Shown here: in pieces, positions 33,444-49,926 of the stretch | Layout of the letters: the number at the start of each line of letters is the position of its first letter | How positions within the stretch are numbered: position 1 is the stretch's first letter | Assembly (NCBI RefSeq): GCF_009914755.1 | Contig: NC_060933.1 | Length of the DNA stretch: 64,000 nucleotides | DNA from: the human T2T-CHM13v2.0 reference genome, Homo sapiens | Direction: 5' to 3' (one strand) | Notes under the pieces: model-generated | The model's input: only the letters and a program-made list of their open reading frames with translations | Told to the model about the DNA's origin: nothing | The model's database searches: none | Translations under genes and position numbers: made by a program

Positions 33444-34073
33444 CCACTATTGATGGTGTGGGTAACATATTAAGTCCCTACTGTCTCTGTGTGAATGAAG
33501 GTTTCTTTCCTCTCTGTGGCCAGGGCGGTATTGATAGCACAAGCCCCTTTGGCAGGAAGAATACTTCAAAGGAGGCAGTGGATTGCCACAAAGACACTTG
33601 ACTTAATTCACAATTTTGTCTAAGGTTATCCACCCCAAAGTAGTTAACATTCCCCATTCAGTAATTTTGCCCCTGCCAAGTGACATACTGAAACAAAAAT
33701 CTTAAAAAAAAAAAAAAAAGAAAAACCTGTTTGTCCAAGTGTAAAAAACCTATAAAAGCACTGCAAATGAAGCAAACACTGTATGCAGACTATTAAAAAT
33801 GTGTCATGATTTTTAACTGTTTTCAAATCTCTAACCACCCTGCCTACCTCCACCTGCCAAAATACTGGAGGTGCCTCACAGATCATTTCAAGGCATCTCC
33901 TGCCACCTCATTTCTTGTCTGCAGAAATGGATAAGGGATTGTTTGGGTTTTGTATCTCACGTGAAAGTTCAAGTCATATTTACTTGATTTAAAATTATCT
34001 GCTTGTTCATTTACAGAGGTGGGAATGTTGGCAGGCTTCAAAGACGGAAACCAGAAATATCAGGTAATATACC

Positions 34074-34479
34074 TGTATTAGTCTGTTTTCACACCGCTAT
34101 AAAGAGCTACCTGAGACTGGGTAATTTATGAAAGAAAGGTGTTTAATTGACTCACAGTTCCACAGGCTTAACAGGAAGCATAGCTAGGAGGCCTCGGGAA
34201 ACTTACAATCGTGGTGGAAGGCAAAGGGGAAGAAAGTACATCTTACCATGGCTGCAGGAAAGAGAGAGAGTGAGTAGGGAACTGCCACACACTTTTAAAC
34301 CGTCAGATCTCATCAGATCTTGTGAGAACTCTATCACAAAACAGCATTAGGGAGCTGACGCTAAACCATTCAAAACCATCCCCATGATGTAATCACCTCC
34401 CACCAGGCCCCACTTTCAACAAGTGGGGATTACAATTCAACGTGGGATTTGGGTGGGGACACAGAGCCAAACCATATCA
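34074..34479 (-). mobile_element. MSTA-like MaLR solo LTR
   Basis: tgtattagtc...accatatca ends; perfect 5-bp TSD atacc (34069-34073 / 34480-34484). Confidence 0.92.
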
Positions 34480-36353
34480 ATACCTATCAAACAGCTACAA
34501 GTTTATACTCCCTGTGGCACATTTTCTACAGAAACATGGCAAGGCCTGGAAATGTCTTTGGCTATCAAAGTTATACAAGCCCCCTGCATAAAGTTAATAC
34601 AAGTTAATTGACAAATATGTATAGCAAAGACATTGCATAACACAGCTTCATGAATATGCCACAAATAAAACAATTAAGCCACATAAATACTTTACTTATA
34701 TTTTACAATACACCCTGACATTTACAATACACCCTGACATTATGGAGAGACAAAGACACAAATATTTTATTGACAGGGTTTCACAGATCATTGATAAACT
34801 TACACTCCTTTCTCATCCCATGACATCAGGTTTAAATTCAACTCACTAAACAGTCATGGTAAATTTCAAGTTAAAGAGTAGAGTTTCTAGAAGTGACATG
34901 GGGTAGAGGGGAAAGCTCTCCTTATTACTCACTAATAATACAAGGTATTTTGTCCATATACCAATGCTGACTTGCTGATCCATTAATCTGTAAAAATTTC
35001 TTGATTTCTAGAGACTCACTGAAACCCAAGGATCTGGATTAGAAAACACATACAGCATTCTTAAAAGTTAAAAGAAGTTGAGTAGCTATTTGTTTATAGA
35101 CTAACTCATCCATCTAGAGATTGATCTCTTCCAAATTCTCTGTAATTCTGTTACTGTGTTATTCATGAAGAGCTGTGGCATTGTGTTTCAGAAATTACCA
35201 ACCAGTCAGCACTGATGGGTATGTATTTTTCTTGCTCACTCAGTGGCAAGAAACATATATAATAAATTCTTAGGAACTTTATCTCTTTCAGTTAGGGTCA
35301 AAATAACTGCTGACTCAATGACTTGCCACAAAATTATTCCTGGGTAGAAGGGAGAACCACCTTCTACAGAAAAGAAGTATTTCAATACTTCAGCATTTCC
35401 AACAAGAAAGAGAGGTACCAATGAGAACAAAATAAGAAACTACGTTCTATGACTGAGAAATTGTTTCTAAATATTTTTCTACTATTTTTAATTTGTTTCC
35501 AATGGAAAGATAGCAACAGATTAACTGCTCACATGCCCATTTGATTTTTTTAAAAAATTAAATAAACTTATTTTACTTTTATGGTTGCAGATAGGAATTA
35601 TTAACCATCTGTCTTTGTATTATTTAAACTTTAAACAAATAAACATTATTGTACAACCAGAAAGCAGTTATTCATAGACTTGTACATTTATTCCCCAGTA
35701 ATTTTTCTTTGCTGTTTAAAAAGAGCCTAAAGCTAGCATCATTTAAATTATTTTTAAAATTCATTACCTACAATACTAAGAAAAACAGATGATAATACAG
35801 TATGTCATTGTAAATGAAAAAGGCCTTGAAGAGTTTTTTTTAACTTACTAGAAGCTTCAATTATCTCCTTTTGAGGAAATAGTTAAGAAGAAAAAATGAC
35901 AACCTCAATCAACTCACACTGTTAAAAGAAATGAGGGTGGCACCAACAACTACCAGTTGACAGTTCTGCTAGTGCTCTTACATAGGCAAGGATCTTCTCA
36001 TGTGAGAACAGCATATGGATAAATCAAGTATTTTTTTTACTTCTCTACTTCTTCAAACACAGAAACAAGTACACCTCTAGATTCAAACACTAGATCATAG
36101 AAAATAAATGGAAAAACAGTTTTTTGCCATGTAGGGCAGAGAATAGAGGAAAAATTGGAGTAAACAGGTGGAAAGACAAGTCTTAAGATATCCAAAGAGT
36201 ATGTTTTGACCCCAATTTATTGAAATTAGAGAAATACCCTAAAGAACAGAAGTCAGAATAAACCAGCCAAAAGAAAATCTTTATTGAAAACACTCTGATA
36301 TGCACTCCAGCCCAGTTACAGACATTATCATCTTGGCTATAGCCAAAGCCCAG

Positions 36354-36897
36354 TGTGATAGATTGTGTCTAAGATGGCTTCCAATGACCTGAACCTTTTG
36401 ATATTTATGTCCTTGTACAACCCCCTCCTTTGAATATTGTCTGGACCTGGGAACTCACTTAAAAATGACAGATGTCACAAAAATACTCTGGCTCCTGTCT
36501 TGCTTATCCTTTCTTGCCCTCTTGCTTGCTTTAATGGAAGTCATGTGCCAGGTTATAAACTCCCCTATGGGGAGGCCTACGTGGCAAGAAATTGACAAAG
36601 GCCAATGGCCAGGGAGTAACTAAGGTCTTCAGTCTAGCAACCACAAGGAAGTGAATCCTGCCAAATATCAGATGAGTCACCTTGGAAGTGGATCCTCCCT
36701 CAGGCCTTGCCATCAGTTGGATCAGCAGCCCCACTGATATCTCAATTGCATCCTTGTGAGAGATCCAGAGCCAGAGGATCTAGTTAAGCTGTATCCAAAT
36801 TCCTGACTCAGGGAAGTTGTGAGGTTAATAAATGTTTGTTGCTTTAAGCTACAAAGTTCTGGAATAATTAGTTACACACAAATAGATAACTAATACA
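36354..36897 (+). mobile_element. MLT1F-like LTR
   Basis: TG...'atagataactaataca' end; 'ggaggcctacgtggcaag', 'cttggaagtggatcctccc', 'aataaatgtttgttgctttaagc'. Confidence 0.85.
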
Positions 36898-37263
36898 GCC
36901 TGTTTTCCGAAGCCATTGAATCAAAGTATTTTCTATAATGAGGTTCAAATGTCCCCCTAAATCTTGTACAGCAATTCTACTGCTAAATTCTCCACTGGCT
37001 TTAAAAAGCATTATTCCTTTAAGAATTATAGTGTCATAATAATTCACAACCTCTTTCTGTAAAGTCTTTAAACTATCTGTGTATAAAAGATTCTGGACTG
37101 TTTAGCAACACACAAATAATATCTTAAAATAACTCCAATGTGGAAACTGAATTCAACAGAGATACATATTGTCTCTGGGACAGTTATAGAATGTACAGAA
37201 TATGTCCATGGGAACTAAGTTTAACATTTAAAGATTCCAATCATAAGAAATCTGATATCTCAC

Positions 37264-37286
37264 CCTGTCTCAAAAAAAACAAGAAA
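37264..37286 (+). mobile_element. Extremely 5'-truncated Alu (last ~8 nt plus A tail)
   Basis: cctgtctc + aaaaaaaacaagaaa between perfect 19-bp direct repeats aagaaatctgatatctcac (37245-37263 / 37287-37305). Confidence 0.7.
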
Positions 37287-37429
37287 AAGAAATCTGATAT
37301 CTCACTAAATGTACAGATATAGGAAAAATAAATGCGTTTTGATATGCAGAGAATGTAGCTTATTGTTGCTAAAAGAGTAAAACAAAAACACAGTAGGAGG
37401 ACTTTTTTTAAAGAATAAGTTGAGTTTTT

Positions 37430-38040
37430 ATTAAGGTTTAATACAGATAAGCCAATAAATTATAATATTCAATAGATTTTTGCCAAAGAATGTCCCAGTG
37501 TAACCATCATCTACAATGAAATAGAACATTATTAGCACCCAGAAGTCCTCCTCACTCCCCAACCATGTCTAGCTTCTTTCATTAAACATTACGTTTGTGA
37601 GATTCTTTCATATTGCATGTAACATTAGTTTGTTCATACTCACTGATATATAACATTCCATTATATGAATAGAGCACAAACTAATTATTCATTCTGCTAC
37701 CAATGAACATTTGTGTTGTTTCTAAATTTTGGCATTAAAACTACTTTGACTATGAACATTTTTATATATCTCTTCTTGGGTAACATAAGCATATTTCTAA
37801 CAGGTACATACTGAAGAGTGAAAAAGTTAAGCCACAGGGTGTATGTTTGTTCAGCTTTAGAAGTTACTCCTAAACAGTTTTCCAAAATAGTTGTACTCAT
37901 TATACTCCTACCAGCAGTGTATGACAGCATGAGTTGCTCATGGTTTAAATTTTAGCAATTCTGATGGCAGTTCAATCATACTTTATTGTGGTTTTATAGA
38001 GCTGCTCTAATGACTAATAAGGTTAAAAACCTTACTATTT
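37430..38040 (-). mobile_element. Old L1M 3' region
   Basis: 'atagaacattattagcacccagaagtcctcctc', 'ctcctaccagcagtgtatga'. Confidence 0.75.
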
Positions 38041-38306
38041 CTTCCCTCTTTCAGGAATTTGAGTCATCAGTTATCTTCTTCATGTCTATAAATATAATCA
38101 AAGTGTTCCCATTCTTGAAAAACAAACCAAACAAAGAAACAAACAAAAAACCAAAAAACTCCCATAGTTCCTGGAAGGCTGATAATATTTTATTTCTTAA
38201 TTGAGATAGTAGTTATATATCTGTTCAATTTGCATTAATTCTTTAAGCTATTTATACTTTTATACACTTTTCTGCATATGTGTTAGTTTTTTAAAGTTAA
38301 AGAATA

Positions 38307-39555
38307 TGCTGGAGGCATCACATTATAAGACTTCAAACTATACTGGAAGGCTACAGTAATCAAAATAGCATGGTACTGGTACAAAAATAGATAAATAGAC
38401 CAATGGAACAGAATAGAGAACCCAGAAATAAAGCAGTATATCTACAACCAACTGATCTTTAACAAAGTCAATAAAAATAAGCAATGGGGAAAGAACACCC
38501 TATTCAATAAATGGTGTTGAGAAAACTGGCTAACCATATGCAGAAGAATGAAACTGGACCCCTACCTATAACCATACACAAAAACTGACTCAAGATGAAT
38601 TAAAGACTTAAATATAAGACCTCAGACTATAAAATCTAGAAAAACTCTAGGAAATATTCCTCCAGACATCAGCTTTAACAAAGAATTTATGCCCAAGTCC
38701 TCAAAAGAAATTGCAACAAAAACAAAAATGGACAAGTGTGACCTAATTAAACTAAAGAGCTCCTGCACAGCAAAAGAAACTATCAACAGAGTAAAAAGAC
38801 AACATACAAAATGAATGAAAATATTCACAAACAATGCATCTGACAAAGGTCTAATACCCAGAATCTATAAGGAACTTAAACCATCAAGAAACAACCACAT
38901 TAAAAAATGGGCAAAGGACATGAACAGACACTTCTCAAAGACACGCAAGCGTCCAAACAAACACAAAAAAATGCTCAACATCACTAGTCATCAGAGAAAT
39001 GCAAATAAAAACCAAAATCAGACACCATGTCACACCAGTCAGAATGGCTATTACTAAAAAGTAAAAAAATAACAATGTTGACAAGGCTGCGGAGAAAAGG
39101 GAACACTTATACACTGTTGATGGGAATGTAAATTAGTTCAGCCACTGTGAAAAGCAGTTTGGAGATGACTCAAAGAACTAAAATTAGAACTGCCATCTCA
39201 AACAACTAAAATTAGAACCCAGAAATCTCATTACTAGGTATATACCCAAAGAAAATAAATTGTTCTACCAAAAAGACACATGCCCTTGTATGTTCATTAC
39301 AGCACTATTCACAATAGCAAAGACAGGGTGTCAATTTAGTTGACCATCAGTGGTGGATTGGATAAAGAAAATGTGATATATATACACCGTGGAATACTAC
39401 ACAGCCATAAAAAAAGAGTAAATCATGTTCTTTGCAACAACGTGGATGAAATTTGAGGCTATTTTCCTAAGCAAATTATCACAGAAACAGAAAACCAAAT
39501 ATCGCGTGTTCTCACTTAAGTAGAAACTAAATGTTGGGTACACACAGACATAAAG
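38307..39555 (+). mobile_element. L1PB-like ORF2 3' fragment
   Basis: 'gctggaggcatcaca...gacttcaaactatac', 'gaatgaaactggacccct'; ends abruptly at 'cacagacataaaga'. Confidence 0.88.
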
Positions 39556-39569
39556 AGCTCTACCTCTGT

Positions 39570-39866
39570 GCCGGATGCAGTGGCTCACGCCTGTAATTCC
39601 AGCACTTTGGGAGGTTGAGGCAGGTCGATCACTTGAGGCCAAGAGTTTGATACCAGCCTGGCCAACATGGTGAAACCCCGTCTCTACTAAAAATACAAAA
39701 ATTAGCCAGGCATGGTGGTGCATGCCTGTAATCCCAGCTACTTGGGAGGCTGAGGCAGAGAATCGCTTGAACCCAGGAGACGGAAGTTACAGTGAACCGA
39801 GATTGTGCCCCTGGGCAACAGAGCGAGACTCTGTCTCCAAAAAAAAAAAAATAAAAATAAAAATAA
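39570..39866 (+). mobile_element. AluS (Sz/Sx-like)
   Basis: Dimer; TSD aaagag(c/t)tctacctctgt. Confidence 0.93.
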
Positions 39867-40748
39867 AAAGAGTTCTACCTCTGTTATAGTGGAGTAACCT
39901 TCTAAAAGACTGTTCCTCTCATGAATATAAAAAATATACAAACTCTGGCTAAAATATAAGAAACAAGTATCAAAAGGGTCTGGAGAGTAAGCAGACTTTG
40001 GAGTAAAAATTTAGACAAAGGAATTAACACAGTGTGAGTTCCTTACCATTTGTGGCTTTGGCTTGAGAATAGTCTATGAGCATAATGTGGTTAAGGGTGG
40101 CTGAGTTCCCATAGAATACATGACAACTTTCTAGCTAATGAAGATGAGGACAGAGCTGGGGGAAGCCACAGACTCCATAAACTAAGAGGAGTAATTCTAG
40201 AAAGAAGAGAAGTAGGGGAAGGGCTCACATACTCTATGTGTAAACTCTTCCCAAGTCTTTTGACTGTCCTAAACCATGCATGAAATATGTAGGGCAGAAT
40301 CAAAGCAACTTGTTTTTAAGGCTAGAGGAACTAAACTAAGATTTGAGCTGCAATCAGTTACAGTTTGAAATTTGAGTCTAATTGAGCTTGCTGCCTGTTG
40401 AAGCAAAACGCCAACACTCTTCAGAGGAATATAAGAAAATAAATCATATTCTATTACATAAAGGAATATAATAGAATTCAGGGTCTCCACAACATAATAA
40501 TCACACTATCTATTCAAAAGAATCCAAAAGTGCCCAAAAAATGTAAACCCAAGAAAATGTGAAATTTGATTTATTCAAAAGGGAGAAGACAATCTATGAA
40601 GGGCAAACTGAGATAACCCTGATATTGGAATTACCAGACAAAGATGTTAAAGTATTTATTATGACTACATTCAATAAAGTAAAAATAAATAATGTCCAGA
40701 TGAATGAAGAGATAAATATCTTAGCACAGGCAAAGAAAATATATTTTA

Positions 40749-41033
<285 letters not shown>

Positions 41034-41175
41034 TAATATATATTATATATAATTATATATTTATATATAATTATATGTATATAAATTATATATTATATAT
41101 AATTATATATTTATATATAATTATATGTATATAAATTATATATAATATATAATATATAAATATAAATTTTATATG
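41034..41175. repeat. AT-rich minisatellite containing two identical 50-bp units
   Basis: 41041-41090 equals 41091-41140. Confidence 0.9.
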
Positions 41176-42101
41176 TAAAACACCAATGGAGATGTTATTT
41201 GAAAAAACACCAAATGGAGATGTTATTTGAAAAAACACAATAGTATCAAAAAAATTTTAAATTGCTACATGGGCTTAATAGCAGAATTGGGACAAAACAG
41301 AAATGAATTAGCATGCTTGAAGATAGAGCAATGGAAATAATCCAATCTGAACATGAGAGGAAAATGATCTTAAAAAAAAAGCTTCAGAGATCTGTGTGAC
41401 AATATCAAAAGGCCTAGTATATAAGTAACTGGGGTCCTGAAGAAGAAGAATGAATATATATACTGTGTATATACATATGAAGAAAGATTAAATACAAAGA
41501 AAATCATGATAAGGCACATCAAGGTGAAACTACTTAAAACAAAAGACAAAGGAAAAGTTTTGAAGGTAGCCAAAGAAAAATGACACATTACATACAAAGG
41601 AACAACAATTCAAATAACATGGACTTGTTATCAGAAACTATGAAGCCCAGAAGACAGTGGAATGCCTTTTGAGTCCTACAAACGGCACTGAGTTAAGGAC
41701 AAAGAAGGGTATTTTATCAGTAGTGGGGGATAATTCGCCCTAGATGAGCACATAGCAGTCCTGCTTAATAAATCTTAAACACAAGAATGGAAAGAATCAA
41801 ACTATTTACAAGCAACTTAACTGTATCTCAGTAAAAAAGCTTAAGACTATTTATAGGAATAAAAATATTCAGCACCCAACAAACTAAAATCCACAATGTG
41901 TGACATTCAATCAAAATTGCCAGATCTGTAAAGAAATGGCAATATATGACTCATCATGGAGAAAAACTAATTAATTGAAAATAACCCAGAACTAACAGAG
42001 TTGCTAGAATTAGGAGACAAAGACTTTAAAAAAACAGTTATTGTAACTGTTTTCTATATGCTCAAAAAGTTAAAGCATGAAAGATATAAAAATGCATATC
42101 A

Positions 42102-42392
<291 letters not shown>

Positions 42393-42579
42393 AAAAATGC
42401 GTATCAAACTTCTTAAAATGAAACCATTACAATGTATAATGAGAAATGTATTAGGTGGGATTAATGCCAAGGATGGGATTAATTGCAGAATAAAAGATTA
42501 ATGAGCTTAAAAGACAGAAAGATAATTAAAAAAATAAAATAAACAGAGCATCATTGAACTATGGTAAAAACTTTAAGTA

Positions 42580-42750
42580 CATTATATATATATATATAAA
42601 ATGTACATACTGTATATACACATATGAAGAAAGATTACATACTATATATATGTATATATAGTATGTAACATATATATAATCTTCATATGTAATAACATAT
42701 ATATATGTTATTAGTCTTTCTTCATATATGATAACATATATATGTATATG
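42580..42750. repeat. (TA)n-rich low-complexity tract
   Basis: Runs of tatata/tatgta. Confidence 0.85.
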
Positions 42751-43021
42751 TTACTAGAGTCCCCAAAGGAAGAACGGGGCAATAGAAAAATATTTGTAGA
42801 AATGATGGCCAAAAACTTTCCAAATGTGTTAAAAATGATAAATGCACAAATCCAAGAATTCCAATTAACTCCCAATCACAAGAAACATGAGTTCACATTG
42901 CAATAAAATTGTTCAAAACTGGTGATAAAGTCCTATAAAAAGTCATGTTATATACAGAGAAACAGTGATGACAGAGATATCTTAATGGAAACACAGTGGA
43001 GCAATATCTTTAAAGTATCAA

Positions 43022-43680
43022 ATGAAAAAGGCAGACAATAACGAGTGTTGGCAAGGAAACTTGAATCTTGATATATTGCTGGTGGGAATGTCAAACGGTG
43101 CAGCTAATTGGAAAGCAGTTTTCCAGTTTCTCAAGAAGTTAAACACACAGTTACCATATGACCCATCAGTTCCACTTTTAGGTAAATACCTAAGAGAAAT
43201 AAAAATATGTGTCTACACAAAAATTTGCACATGATTGTTTGTAGCAGCATTATTCATAAGAACCAAAAAGTGAAAACACAATAATCAGCCATCTCATGAA
43301 TGGATAAATAAAACATAGTATATCTGTATAAAAGGAACATTATTTGACCATTAAAAGGAATTAAGTGTGATAACATGGATGAAGGATGAAAATAAAGAAG
43401 CCAGAAAAAATGGTACTTATTGTGTGATTCAATTTATATGAAATATGAGGAATAGGCAAATCCAGACAGACAAAAAGTATATTAGTGGTTGCCATGGGCT
43501 GGGGGAAGTTGGGCCTGGAGGGTATCTGCTAATGGGTATGATGATGATGATTTTGTGGTGATTAAAATGTTCTGCAATTAGTATTGATGGGTGCATAACT
43601 CTGTAAAAACCACTGAATTGTACATTTTTAAAGGGTAAACTTTATGCTATGTGAATGACATATTAACAAAGCTGTCAAAA
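43022..43680 (+). mobile_element. L1MB-like 3' end
   Basis: 'gacaataacgagtgttggcaagg', 'cagttaccatatgacccatcag', 'aataggcaaatcca', 'ccactgaattgtacattttt'. Confidence 0.82.
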
Positions 43681-43889
43681 TAAATGATAGAAATACATTG
43701 TGGAATATATCTAGAAAGAGAGTGTTACAAATGATGTACTATGTACAAATACTATTTATTTTTAATAAGTAAAGAAAAATTTAAAAATATAAATTGCCAA
43801 AATATCCTAATTAAATGGTAGAGACTAATATTAGATTAAAAAATAGAAGACCCAACCATATGCCAACTACAAGAAACTTAATTTAAATA

Positions 43890-44206
43890 CAGATACTCCT
43901 CAATTTACCATGGGGCTACGCCCTGATAAACCCATTGTAAGTTGAGGATATTATATGTAAAAAATGCATTCAATACACCTAACCTACCAAACATCATACT
44001 TTAGCCTAGACTACCTTAAGCATGGCCAGAACAGTTACATTAGCCTATAGTTGGGAAAATCATCTAACACAAAGCTTATTTTATAATAAAGTTTTGAATA
44101 TTTCATGTAATTTATTTAATACTGTATAATATGTCAAAATTGCAACAGTTTAACATCATAGCAAAGTCAAAAATTCCTAAGTTGAACCACGGTTGGGGAT
44201 CATCTA
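43890..44206 (+). mobile_element. MER47A-like (Tigger) DNA transposon
   Basis: 'cagatactcctc...gataaacccattgtaagttg...aatacacctaacctaccaaacatcat'; TA at both flanks. Confidence 0.82.
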
Positions 44207-44326
44207 TATAAGACACAAATGGAGTTAAAATAAAGGTTAGAAAACATATACCATACTAACACTAATCAACAGAAAGCAAAACACTAATCAAAAGATACTA
44301 ACATTAATCAAAAGAAAGCAGTAGTT

Positions 44327-44952
<626 letters not shown>

Positions 44953-45146
44953 TCAGTTAAACCATCCCAATTCTTGATTCATAGGAGCAGAGATAATAAA
45001 TGTGTGCTCTTTGAAGCCCAATTTGAGGTAATTTGTTATGCATCAACACAAAGTATGCTTTCTTTCAGTAAGTACAGAAGACATAAACAGAAAATAAGAT
45101 CATATGAAGATTTGAACAACACTGTCAACCAAATTGACTTAACTGA

Positions 45147-45486
<340 letters not shown>

Positions 45487-45702
45487 CAGAATACATCTGT
45501 TTTGTTTTGTTTTTTTTAAGTGTTCATGGAACGCTTACCAACATAGACCATATTTTAGGCAATAATAACAAATCTCAATAAATTTTAAAAGATTCAAGTC
45601 AAACAAAGTATTTCCTGACTACAATGGAATGAAATAAAAAATCAGTATAACAGAAGATCCCTAGAAAAGTCTCCAAATATTAGGAAACTAAAACATACTT
45701 CT

Positions 45703-46193
<491 letters not shown>

Positions 46194-46427
46194 CTACCAG
46201 AAATACCGTAAAGCACCACAGACACTGAGCACTTATAACTTCACAAAGTTTTAGGTAAATGAGCAACCAAATGTAGACTGAATTATTGTATTTAAATACT
46301 TTAAAATGCAGCTCCTACAGAAGGTAACAGAGCTCCTACTGCAGGAATAGAAACAGGATTGTTACACTACCAAATATTTTTCCTGTAGGCTGAAAAGAGA
46401 AACTGTCACTTAGCCTGATGGCAATGA

Positions 46428-46829
<402 letters not shown>

Positions 46830-46884
46830 TAAAGATCACTCTTCTCTCCCACCCCATCTTTTAAAAAGAGACACAATTTTAAAA

Positions 46885-47031
46885 CATTAAAAAAATTCTA
46901 AGTTTATTGTTTCTATTATTTTACTGAAGTATTGTTTGTTTATTGAACACTCTGCAACAAAGATTATTCACTGCTTTTACTAGTTAAGTTTAAATGTTTA
47001 CAGGGATCATTGTGAAAATATAATTTTGGAC
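46885..47031 (-). other. Candidate terminal exon of an unidentified minus-strand gene
   Basis: Acceptor ttgtgtttgtgtattatcttgatAG|GTCC; AATAAA at 46939-46944 and 46903-46908; U/GU-rich sequence downstream. Confidence 0.35.
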
Positions 47032-47065
47032 CTATCAAGATAATACACAAACACAACAATTTTAA

Positions 47066-47461
<396 letters not shown>

Positions 47462-48444
47462 TCAATTTGTTAACTATAGTGTAATTGAACTCTTCAACAT
47501 GTTACAAAACGCATACTTGTTACACCCAAAGTATATGATATTTCACTTTGATAATACCACAAGGTTTACATCATTCAATGGCAATCAACCATAAAAAAAA
47601 ATCTTGTTCATATTGACTCACAGACATAGTGGCTCATATTGCCATGGGAAAAAAAAATTGTATTTGGAGAATCTGTCAAGAGAGTAATATTAAGCAATGT
47701 ATGTTAATAAAATGTGACGCCTACCTCTGCCAAGCATAAAAGCCTGTTATCCCTAATTATGTTCTTCATCAAGTGTATACCTTTAAAGTGTCAAACACAG
47801 CCTACTAGTTGTGGGGCTAATTTTAGCTTTCAGTAATCAACATATCTTATGCTTCAAATGACATTAAGTGGCAATCTACCACAGAGTGCACAAGTCCATT
47901 TCCTTTATTCTATTGTTTCAGTGAACAGAAATTACACCATTTCTAGCATTTCCAGCAAATTTAGAGTTTGACTACAACCAGGACTCAAAGTAAATGTTAA
48001 GTGAATATAACACTGTGTTTTCAAATAGTTGCCTAAAGATAATGCCTCATTTAACCAATAAGTCAAGAACAGAAGCTGCCCATATAGTCTTCCTACATCA
48101 AAATATCTGTTTTTTGCAAAGCTTATTTGCACACAACTGCACATGAACCCCATTTCTTGCAGACTGACTCATGATTAGAAACATCAATTATCATATAGTA
48201 CTGCGATATTTAGAGCAAGCAAAAACTCCTGAGTGTGTTATTATTTGCCCTTGCACTAAATAGGCTTCAAGAACCATGTAACTATAGCTCTGTCACTTCT
48301 TTCATTGCCAGACGTCATTTCTCCCTGTTGCATGTACTTCCTATGCACATCTCCCAGCACTCTCTCCCACACCTTCAACATCCTCTGAGCTTGAAGAATG
48401 AGCAACCATAGTTAACATACAACTCTAGAATATTGAGACTGTCA

Positions 48445-48601
<157 letters not shown>

Positions 48602-49031
48602 TGATGCCTTACAAATTTAGATACTCTCAGGAGGAGCTACTATTTAAGAGTTCCTAAATTCCACATCAATGCACTTAATAAAAGTTAATTTTGAGGATTC
48701 AAAAATAACCTTCAATGAAATGCCTATTCTTCACTAAAAGCTTTTGAAAATTCAACTGACATTAATTTACAGGCGGAGACATGAAAACCAGTTCTTATAG
48801 TTATATGTTGATGTAAATATGTTCTAAAACTGGGAATATTGATTTCATTTACTCAACTCGGAAAGCCATAAGTTATATAAGACTGATTTTTGCCAAATTG
48901 GTTGAAATTCACATCCTGACAAAACAGATTTTTTAATTCTGATAAAGATTTTCCAACTACTGATTAGATGGGAAAAGACGACATCGTAAGGTATATTTAA
49001 AGAGAATAGTTAATTATATAAACATGTACTT

Positions 49032-49398
<367 letters not shown>

Positions 49399-49633
49399 TC
49401 ACAAGCATATGGTATTTACAGTTATAGTCTTTGGTTCTTTCTGTGATTATAGCAGCAGTTTGATTAACTAGTGCACAGCAAAAACCATTTTACAGGCTTT
49501 AGAATGTATAAGTATTATGTTACATATTTTAATGCGAATAGCAAGAACTATAAAACATGAAACCTGACCCCCCAAATTGCAGAATTTTAACTTTTAAATT
49601 TGGCATAAATAAGGTAGCTTAATTAGCACTTTT

Positions 49634-49868
49634 TCTCGGCTCCACTGCAAGCTTCACCTCCCGGATTCACGCCATTCTCCTGCCTCAACCTCGCCAGTAG
49701 CTGGGACTACAGGCGCCCGCCACCACGCTCGGCTAATTTTTAGTATTTTTAGTAGAGACGGGGTTTCACCGTGTTAGCTAGGATGGTCTCAATCTCCTGA
49801 CCTCGTAATCCGCCCGTCTCGGCTTCCCAAAGTGCTGGGATTACGGGCTTGAGCCACCGTGCCTGGCC
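49634..49868 (-). mobile_element. AluY lacking its 3' ~50 nt and tail
   Basis: Y diagnostics; Alu match stops at 'tctcggctc' with no gagacggagtctc segment. Confidence 0.88.
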
Positions 49869-49926
49869 AATTTGGTGATTTTTAAAAATCACACTAACGA
49901 CAGAATCTTATTAAAAATCCTATGTC

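Noticed and set aside
34702-34739. 19-bp perfect tandem duplication tttacaatacaccctgaca
   Set aside because: Ordinary slippage duplication with no associated feature
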